From a virus: 64,000 nucleotides of DNA. Location: IMG/VR virus record IMGVR_UViG_3300015050_000678, positions 26,132-90,131 of that record. One strand, 5' to 3'. Shown here piece after piece: positions 57,274 through 64,000 of the stretch (positions within the stretch are counted from its first letter, which is position 1; each line of letters opens with the position of its first letter). The notes below the pieces were generated by a model. That model saw nothing but the letters and a program-made list of their open reading frames with translations, did not search any database and had not been told where the DNA came from. The position numbers were made by a program, and so were the translations under genes.

Positions 57274-58325
57274 TATATTATTTCTTTATAAGTTATTTTA
57301 TATCTTCCCCAAGTTAAATTGTGTGCGACTGCGATAATATCAAAACTTACACCCACATTTATATTATAAGTAGATGCCATTATGTTTTCTAAATAAACAT
57401 CTTCTCCTGTATGATCTACTCCATCATTTTCTACAAAACATTGAATTTTAGTTGTACTAGTAACCCATGATGCCAATACTGTTGTAACAACCAAATCATT
57501 TTCAGATAATACACCATCTTTACCAAAATCAATATTTACAGTACCAGAATGTAGTAATGGTTGATAACCACTCAAATCTACATAACTAGAAGGTAATTCC
57601 ATTCTAGCAACTGTATTATCTTCAATACTTAAATCTACAGTAGGATTTGAACCACCACCAGTATTAAAAGTATACCACTCTACCATTAGTAAATCAGTAT
57701 TTAATAATGTAGTAGAAGTTGCTAATGCTGTATCTACAGTATATTCTGCACTTACTCCTGTTAATACATTAGAGTAACCACTAGTAGCTAATAATGTAGG
57801 TGAACTACCCGTAGAATTAGTTTTATAAAGTAGAGCATATAACTGAGTTACTTTGGTTCCTCCTGTTTGAGTTGCATGAATATGAAATTTAACAACACCT
57901 GATGGAATAAATGTAATGCTTGGACTTCCTAAATTAGTAATAAAAGTAGTTAGTTTAGTCCCGCTAGGCACGGAAGGTGTTCCAGGAATAACTTGTAGCA
58001 CTCCTACAGAAGGAGTTTTAGTCATTGTGTAATAAGTACCAACTATAGTAGAAAGTGTCTTATAATAGAAGTATGCAGTTAATCCACTAGATGCTTGTAT
58101 AATTTGATTATTAACTGCTTCTGTAGTAGGTAATGTTGCATTATCAATAACTGTAAAATCTGTTACTACTTGACTATCATCAACTTTAGCATCTAAAACA
58201 GATTGTAAATCAGTTTGACTAGACAATAAACCAGTTATGGTTCCCCATACAGAAGAACCTCCACTACCACTAGCAGCCATTGCACTAGTAAATATTTTAA
58301 ACTTTTTAAATAAACTATTACTCAT
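57273..58325 (-). CDS. Putative tail fibre protein
   Basis: WGTITGLLSSQTDLQSVLDAK fibre motif; Ser/Thr-rich. Confidence 0.6.
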   Translation of the reverse strand: MSNSLFKKFKIFTSAMAASGSGGSSVWGTITGLLSSQTDLQSVLDAKVDDSQVVTDFTVIDNATLPTTEAVNNQIIQASSGLTAYFYYKTLSTIVGTYYTMTKTPSVGVLQVIPGTPSVPSGTKLTTFITNLGSPSITFIPSGVVKFHIHATQTGGTKVTQLYALLYKTNSTGSSPTLLATSGYSNVLTGVSAEYTVDTALATSTTLLNTDLLMVEWYTFNTGGGSNPTVDLSIEDNTVARMELPSSYVDLSGYQPLLHSGTVNIDFGKDGVLSENDLVVTTVLASWVTSTTKIQCFVENDGVDHTGEDVYLENIMASTYNINVGVSFDIIAVAHNLTWGRYKITYKEII

Positions 58326-58330
58326 AGTGT

Positions 58331-58684
58331 TTATTTATAATACTGAATGTGTAAAGTATGTGTACCAGCACCTACTTGTATTGCTCTAAAGTTTTCTAAA
58401 TTAGAACGACCAGTTACATCAAATGCATCTAAGTTACTTCTAACAATACCATCAGTTGTTGTAGGTGGTACTTTATCACCTATTTCTAGATAACGTATAG
58501 CAGGTGTAGTAATACTTGATTCTACACTAATCATTGCATATGTTGCACCAGTAGGTACAGTTAAACTAACTACAGATCCTGCAACTGTTAATTTTTGATA
58601 AGCAAAAGCTAATAAATTATATTTATTTAACCTTACTAATTCTGCAAGAAAACTCTTGCTTTGATTACCGAATAAACCACTCAT
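58331..58684 (-). CDS. Structural protein, beta-sandwich-like
   Basis: LTVPTGAT.A.I.VE...IRY...PTTTDG. Confidence 0.55.
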   Translation of the reverse strand: MSGLFGNQSKSFLAELVRLNKYNLLAFAYQKLTVAGSVVSLTVPTGATYAMISVESSITTPAIRYLEIGDKVPPTTTDGIVRSNLDAFDVTGRSNLENFRAIQVGAGTHTLHIQYYK

Positions 58685-58697
58685 TTTATTTTATATT

Positions 58698-59318
58698 TTA
58701 TATTAATTGACAAGGGCATATTTCACAAGCCTCCATTAATTTATTCATAATTATTTCAAACTCTACTTCTGTTAAACAATTTGAAAGTGTTGTACAAGTA
58801 CCTAATTGTATTAAATCACCAACTAATGATGTTATACTTCCTGTACCAGAATCATAATATAATATCATACTTTCAACACTACATTGTAGTGTAAATGTTA
58901 CAGATGTTGAAGTTGTACCATCAACAGAACCAATATCAACTTGATTGTGAGATATATATACATTTAACTCTATTAGTTTTAATATTAATAATTCTAATAT
59001 TGTAGAAACACCATCACCAATAAAAGGATAATTAACATCATTTATAATAATTTCATATACTCTAGATAAAGTTGTTACTTTATTTAAATAAAAAAAAGAA
59101 GGATTAGCTGTTGTAAAATTAATTATTGTATTATTATTTATTGCTGTATTATTATAACATCGTGCAGCATTAAAATAATCATTCATTAGTTTTAACTTAA
59201 CTACTTCAGAATCTGCACAACTATCTCCAATAGATAATAATTTAGATACCTTTACAGCATATCTACCAATACAACATAAACTGTTAGTTAATACTAAATT
59301 TATATTTTCATCAGTCAT
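58698..59318 (-). CDS. Cys-rich tail-associated protein
   Basis: CC, NCLTE and CEICPC motifs. Confidence 0.55.
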   Translation of the reverse strand: MTDENINLVLTNSLCCIGRYAVKVSKLLSIGDSCADSEVVKLKLMNDYFNAARCYNNTAINNNTIINFTTANPSFFYLNKVTTLSRVYEIIINDVNYPFIGDGVSTILELLILKLIELNVYISHNQVDIGSVDGTTSTSVTFTLQCSVESMILYYDSGTGSITSLVGDLIQLGTCTTLSNCLTEVEFEIIMNKLMEACEICPCQLI

Positions 59319-59322
59319 ATTC

Positions 59323-59766
59323 TTATCCTAAAATTACAACTCTAAATATACCTATAGCACCACCTGTTGTTAATGTCATATTTCCAGTACTCCCATCTAC
59401 TTTACAATTAAATGTATAAGTACCTAATGTAGGAGTATTTGTTAATAATTGCCAATATGATGAACCTTGTAATACAACAAAATACCACATTTGTACATGT
59501 ATATCTACAAATAAATTTAATTCTGTACCACTAACAACACAACCATTAGGAGTAACTTCACAAGTTGCTCTTTCTAAATAACTTACAGTTAAAGTTTGTT
59601 CAACATCACTAGTTGTAAATGTTTTAATTAATTTATAAGCACTAGTTCCATTGGTACCATTGGTCCCATTTGTTCCGTTAGTACCATTTGTTCCATTAGT
59701 GCCTGGTGGACCTGTTGCCCCAGTTTCACCTATTGGTATTTCTAAAGATTTGCAATCATCACACAT
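59323..59766 (-). CDS. Collagen-like repeat protein
   Basis: GETGATGPP(GTN)6GTS. Confidence 0.7.
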   Translation of the reverse strand: MCDDCKSLEIPIGETGATGPPGTNGTNGTNGTNGTNGTNGTSAYKLIKTFTTSDVEQTLTVSYLERATCEVTPNGCVVSGTELNLFVDIHVQMWYFVVLQGSSYWQLLTNTPTLGTYTFNCKVDGSTGNMTLTTGGAIGIFRVVILG

Positions 59767-59792
59767 AGTATATAATATAAGGTTTTAATTTG

Positions 59793-60362
59793 TTATTTGC
59801 AAGTTTTACATGCACTATTTAAGCATAATTTTGTAAGTATTTTTAAAATACTAGCAAACACTGTAGAATCTCCACATTGTGCTGCTTTTTTTAAAGATTC
59901 TAACATTGACCACGCAGTAAGGTAATTTTTTTGAGATACATTATCATTACAACAATCACATGATTCTACATAAGGTAACATCTTAGTTACACAACATTCT
60001 GAATTACAAAAGAAGTATTGATAAATTGTTTTAGTATATATTACATCTGGTTCTCCCGCAACAGTTACAGTATATGTAAAAGTATATTTACCATCACTTA
60101 ATGTTGTTAAAGACGATATTAAATAACCATTAAGAGTAAGGTCTTTTACAGGGAATCCTACAGCAAATAAATCAATTGTTGTAATTACACCTAATGGATC
60201 TGTTACAGTTAATACTGCACTAGTAACAACGGTTGTATCTATATTAGGAGTACCATAACCTGTTAAGTTATTTATAGCATTATATGTACCAGTAAGTTCT
60301 TTAAAGGTATAGTCTTTACAATTACTTGCTTGACAGATTGAAAATTTTAGAGCTAATGCCAT
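59793..60362 (-). CDS. Cys-rich tail hub-like protein
   Basis: TGTYN..NN.TGYG; CCV, CDCC and CKTCK motifs. Confidence 0.55.
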   Translation of the reverse strand: MALALKFSICQASNCKDYTFKELTGTYNAINNLTGYGTPNIDTTVVTSAVLTVTDPLGVITTIDLFAVGFPVKDLTLNGYLISSLTTLSDGKYTFTYTVTVAGEPDVIYTKTIYQYFFCNSECCVTKMLPYVESCDCCNDNVSQKNYLTAWSMLESLKKAAQCGDSTVFASILKILTKLCLNSACKTCK

Positions 60363-60389
60363 TTGTTATTATATTGTTTTAAATAAGTA

Positions 60390-60429
60390 AAGCCCCTGGA
60401 AACTTTCAGGAAGAAAAAACCAGGGGCTT
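60390..60429 (-). terminator. Hairpin/terminator
   Basis: 10-bp stem AAGCCCCTGG/CCAGGGGCTT followed by a T-rich tract on the minus strand. Confidence 0.6.
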
Positions 60430-60491
60430 ATTATACTAATTAAGGCTTTAAAGTTTGACACATCAGAATGATGTGGTGATCAGTCTAAGAA

Positions 60492-61748
60492 CTAGACTGC
60501 GAATGTTAAGACTGCTGCAGATGGTGTAGCTGCTAACCAAGTATTTAACTTAGATAACAATGATGCACCTTCTGTAGAACCAGTTGCAATTGCTGTATAA
60601 GCAGCACCTGCATCAATAGCTGGAGTTGCAATATATACTGATTTACGAGCTACAGATACTAAATCTGCACCGGATGTAAATGAGTTGTCAGCAAATTCAA
60701 GAATTAAGATACTATAGAAGTATTTAACTTTTACTGCAGATCCACCACCAATTGCTGGAACTACTGTTGTTAATACAGCTACTGTCGTACTAATAAAATA
60801 TTTTACTTCATACATTATACCATTTAATTCTACTAATTCACCTACACGGATCATAGCTGCTACTGTAGCAGAAAAAGTTACAGTATCTTCACCTACAACA
60901 CCAGTTACAGTTGGAACAATTGCTGCAGTTAAATAACCAGTAGTAGCTACGTTAAATTCTACATTTTGTGTTGGCCATAATCTACGGTTAGATAAACCTT
61001 CATATTGATAATCAAAGTTTTCTTTGTTATAAATATAGTTATAAGTTCCTTCTCCATAAGAGTTAGCTTGAATTTGTGTACAAGTTGTAGTAGCACCAAA
61101 CCCTGTAGCATCTTCTACATGAACTGAGAAGTATACACGATTTTCTTTATAAGTTGAACTACGGAATTGGTTAATATCTAATGCTGTAATTTCTACACCA
61201 TAATTAGCTGCTCCTGTTAAACCATAAATACCAGTACCATCACCTACTACTACTGCAACAACTAATGTTTTAAATCCACCATTGTTGATTTGAGCAGCTG
61301 CCTGAGTAGCAATTGTTAATTGTGTAGCTGTAGCTGCTGATAAAAAGTTACCTCTTAATACTTCAGGACGTTCAGAATACAAAGATTTATCATTTTTAAA
61401 TCTGATATTAAATGTGTAATCAGTTGAAGGATTAACTTCAATTGTACCTGTAGCTGTTTTACGGTTATAACCAATTGCCCATACTTCACGAGTTGCTGGA
61501 GAATAACGTTTACCACGAGCAGAAGTTACAGATCTACCATTGATAGACATTGATTTTTTAAATGATCCATCAGCAAATGTTTCAGAAACTGTAATAGATT
61601 CTGAAGCACCACCAGCAGCATAAGCTGAAGCTAAGATGGTTTGGTCTTGACCAAATACTCCTAGTTTACCTGGAGTTAATGTATTAACAGTAGTTTCTAA
61701 TGCTGTACCGTTTCCTACAAAAGTGTTTGTTACTTTATGAATTGACAT
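60492..61748 (-). CDS. Abundant structural protein (capsid auxiliary-like)
   Basis: 418 aa, Ala/Thr-rich, downstream of the capsid gene; YGEGT motif. Confidence 0.55.
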   Translation of the reverse strand: MSIHKVTNTFVGNGTALETTVNTLTPGKLGVFGQDQTILASAYAAGGASESITVSETFADGSFKKSMSINGRSVTSARGKRYSPATREVWAIGYNRKTATGTIEVNPSTDYTFNIRFKNDKSLYSERPEVLRGNFLSAATATQLTIATQAAAQINNGGFKTLVVAVVVGDGTGIYGLTGAANYGVEITALDINQFRSSTYKENRVYFSVHVEDATGFGATTTCTQIQANSYGEGTYNYIYNKENFDYQYEGLSNRRLWPTQNVEFNVATTGYLTAAIVPTVTGVVGEDTVTFSATVAAMIRVGELVELNGIMYEVKYFISTTVAVLTTVVPAIGGGSAVKVKYFYSILILEFADNSFTSGADLVSVARKSVYIATPAIDAGAAYTAIATGSTEGASLLSKLNTWLAATPSAAVLTFAV

Positions 61749-61783
61749 TGTTTTTTAATTTTTAAGATTTATTAATTGTATTA

Positions 61784-62203
61784 TTAGTTGATTACTTGAA
61801 AGTGAATTTTAACTACATCATTTAATGCTGCTGAAATATGCACATTTAATAGACGTATTTTAAATGATCCTGCTGCTACTGCTTCAATAAGTGCTACCGG
61901 AAATCCAGTTTTACCATTTGCATATTCTACTTGTACTTTAACTACAGATGCTGCAGTTACTTTAGAATTAGTTACTGTAAATGGACCTGCTACAGTACTT
62001 GCTGCAGTGGTTAATGATACAGTTGTAATTACTCCTTTAGTTGCATTAGTAGTAACTGCCGTAGTAATATTAGTACCCTGTGTTACTGTTCCTAATGTAC
62101 CATTAATATAATTGATCATTTCATCAATTTTACTAGATAGTATTTTAACATTTGGAATCTGAGCTCCTAAAAAGTATTTAGGTGAGATTGTTAGTATTGC
62201 CAT
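61784..62203 (-). CDS. Putative head fibre/decoration protein
   Basis: GTVTQGTNITTAVTTN...GVITT...FTVTNS.V motif. Confidence 0.55.
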   Translation of the reverse strand: MAILTISPKYFLGAQIPNVKILSSKIDEMINYINGTLGTVTQGTNITTAVTTNATKGVITTVSLTTAASTVAGPFTVTNSKVTAASVVKVQVEYANGKTGFPVALIEAVAAGSFKIRLLNVHISAALNDVVKIHFQVIN

Positions 62204-62214
62204 TGTTTAATTTG

Positions 62215-62892
62215 TTATTCGTTAGTGTTATTTATTAATGGGTTAAATGTTTGTGAACGCTTACCCTCTATTCCCTCTAATGCTATTGACACTGCTTGAT
62301 CTACTATTTCAGAATGTGTATGCTCAGATAATTCAAAAGTAGTTCCTAAAGTTATACTTACTCTTTGAGGTTCTTTAACATATCTCATTCTATAACTTAC
62401 TATTATACAAGATGATAATAATTCAACTCTACCATTCTCCATTAACCTTAGAACTTTAGCTTCATTAGGTTTTCTGAATGGATCTAAAATAACTTTAGAG
62501 AATTCAGAGTGACTTATTGGTACTACTTCAACTAGTTGTGTTACATTTGTTCCACACATGTTACAAGTAATATTACATCTTTCTTGAACAGTAAACCAAT
62601 GATCTGTAGGAAGAATTAAAAATCTAGCAGTAGGATCAATATTATCTGAAGCATAAGCTAATGGTGTTAATATTGAATTAACTGTTATATTTTTTAAATC
62701 TTCAGTACGTTTCTCAGTTTCTTCAAAAGACTGTCTTTTATTATTAGTAGGTCCATAACGCTGTTTAACAAATCTATCTTGAGCATTATTTAGAATTAAA
62801 TCTATTTCTTCAGGTAAAAAATTAGGTACATTTAAAGTATCTAACTTATCACATCTAAATTTAAATTCTTGATGTAGCTCTAATATTGTCAT
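62215..62892 (-). CDS. Head-tail ring/adaptor protein
   Basis: EEID..LN.AQ, SFEETEKRTEDL and ELSEHTHSEIVD.AV motifs; gene position. Confidence 0.65.
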   Translation of the reverse strand: MTILELHQEFKFRCDKLDTLNVPNFLPEEIDLILNNAQDRFVKQRYGPTNNKRQSFEETEKRTEDLKNITVNSILTPLAYASDNIDPTARFLILPTDHWFTVQERCNITCNMCGTNVTQLVEVVPISHSEFSKVILDPFRKPNEAKVLRLMENGRVELLSSCIIVSYRMRYVKEPQRVSITLGTTFELSEHTHSEIVDQAVSIALEGIEGKRSQTFNPLINNTNE

Positions 62893-63692
62893 TACTCAGC
62901 TTTAGTTTTCTTAGGTTTTAATTTACTTTCTAATGCTAATTTAATAGCTTGGTTTTTCATATCTGATAAATAACTTACAACCTCATCAGTTGAACTACCT
63001 AAAAGATCTTCACCATTATAGAAGTAAGTTCCTTTTTGTTTAAGTATATCTTTCTCAATTAATGCTTTTACTAAAGCTCTAGTTGGAGTATCTTTAGCAG
63101 TAGCTAATCTAATAAATTCTTTAAAGTCTTTTTTAACTTCTTTAAACAATTCAGTTTTAACCATTGTTTCAGACATTGAATCTACACCTTTTTTACCATA
63201 GATTCTTAATAGACCTCTTCTTTCTTCTACTGTTGTGTTATGAAAAGCTTCCATAGCAGCAAACTCGAATTCCATTTTAGCATCTTCAATTTTAGAAGCA
63301 GCTTCTGGATCATATATATAAAATCTTGCTGTTGAATTACCAACTACATCATGCTCGGTATTTGCTATCCAATCATGTTGTTGCAACATTTTAAATTTTA
63401 ATTCATCATAACCTGTTACAATATTAAATATTGTTAACTTGTCATTTCTCAATCTTACTTCCATATCTGACCAAAAATCAGTATTTCTTTTACTTAAAGT
63501 ACCTTTTGGTAAGTTTAACTCTTTTTCATAATGTTCTTCATCAGCTACTGACAATCCGGTTTTATATAAACCATTTTGACTAAGTTGTGCTCCCATTATT
63601 ACAGTTAAAGTCTTATTGTAATAAGATTGACCTGAAAACTTATTTCTTATGATAGGTCTAATAACATAAGATTTTATTCCTTGTTCTTCCAT
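62892..63692 (-). CDS. Conserved crAss-like protein downstream of the major capsid gene
   Basis: 266 aa; position next to the MCP. Confidence 0.6.
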   Translation of the reverse strand: MEEQGIKSYVIRPIIRNKFSGQSYYNKTLTVIMGAQLSQNGLYKTGLSVADEEHYEKELNLPKGTLSKRNTDFWSDMEVRLRNDKLTIFNIVTGYDELKFKMLQQHDWIANTEHDVVGNSTARFYIYDPEAASKIEDAKMEFEFAAMEAFHNTTVEERRGLLRIYGKKGVDSMSETMVKTELFKEVKKDFKEFIRLATAKDTPTRALVKALIEKDILKQKGTYFYNGEDLLGSSTDEVVSYLSDMKNQAIKLALESKLKPKKTKAE

Positions 63693-63721
63693 TTGTTTTA
63701 ATAATTTGCCTTATTAGTTTA

Positions 63722-63765
63722 AAAATAAAGAGTGTTTGAGGCACACTCTTCAAAGCCTTTATTTT
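63722..63765 (-). terminator. Terminator/attenuator after the major capsid gene
   Basis: AAGAGTGT/ACACTCTT hairpin followed by TATTTTT on the minus strand. Confidence 0.6.
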
Positions 63766-63768
63766 AAT

Positions 63769-63999
63769 CTAGCTAATGCTAGAAGCATCTAAAATTAATT
63801 GAGCTGCATCACTTGGGTCACGTAACATGATACCACATTCAGTCATTGCTTCAAATGTGTAACCATCTACAGAAGTAGCAGATGAACCATTTTTCTTAGG
63901 TCCATAAGGGCCATACATTCCTTCAATGTAAGTTGTTACCATCTCACGATCTTTAGAATATACTTTTTGGATATTTGGTTCTCCTTTGTTATAAGACTT
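63769..63999 (-). CDS. Major capsid protein, C-terminal 76 aa (rest outside window)
   Basis: Reads ...EPNIQKV...YIEG...SVDGYTFEAMTECGIMLRDPSDAAQLILDASSIS*, resembling crAss-like MCP ends; gene position fits. Confidence 0.7.
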   Translation of the reverse strand, partial: KSYNKGEPNIQKVYSKDREMVTTYIEGMYGPYGPKKNGSSATSVDGYTFEAMTECGIMLRDPSDAAQLILDASSIS

Positions 64000-64000
64000 A

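Noticed and set aside
59640-59730. 9-bp periodic repeat as a possible array
   Set aside because: Encodes collagen-like Gly-Thr-Asn repeats with synonymous variation; an ordinary coding repeat.
269-64000. Stop-codon reassignment (TAG/TGA), known in some crAss-like phages
   Set aside because: Long genes, including the 3779-aa RNAP, are intact in the standard code. TAG and TGA end genes at sensible, tightly packed positions (e.g. 23704, 60492, 63769, 2402).

Overview
Very AT-rich segment of a crAss-like (Crassvirales-type) phage genome; the host is probably Bacteroidota (inferred from gene content). Two convergent modules meet at a terminator near 25.3 kb. The + strand (1-25251) is the replication/metabolism arm: HNH nuclease end, PolB, a MoxR-type AAA ATPase/vWA pair, nucleotidyltransferase, split Prim-Pol, SF2 and DnaB helicases, primase, resolvase, 5'-3' exonuclease, sigma-like protein and nucleotide-pool enzymes. 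The - strand (25321-64000) is the virion arm: end of the major capsid gene, head/ring/tail proteins, lysis genes and ejected proteins, including a 3779-aa virion RNA polymerase. Two observations stand out. (1) Nine small, modular proteins with largely different bodies end in the same C-terminal tag (consensus about P-I-x-E-D-L-S-Y-L-x-x-I-L-x-x-L-N-I-T); seven lie in tandem directly before the AAA-vWA pair. (2) A 62-bp DGR-type variable/template repeat pair has all 14 mismatches at template adenines (13 of them A->G), targets a small non-structural protein, has no reverse transcriptase in the window, and is flanked by candidate structured RNAs. All calls come from motif reading and gene order by eye; no searches were run.
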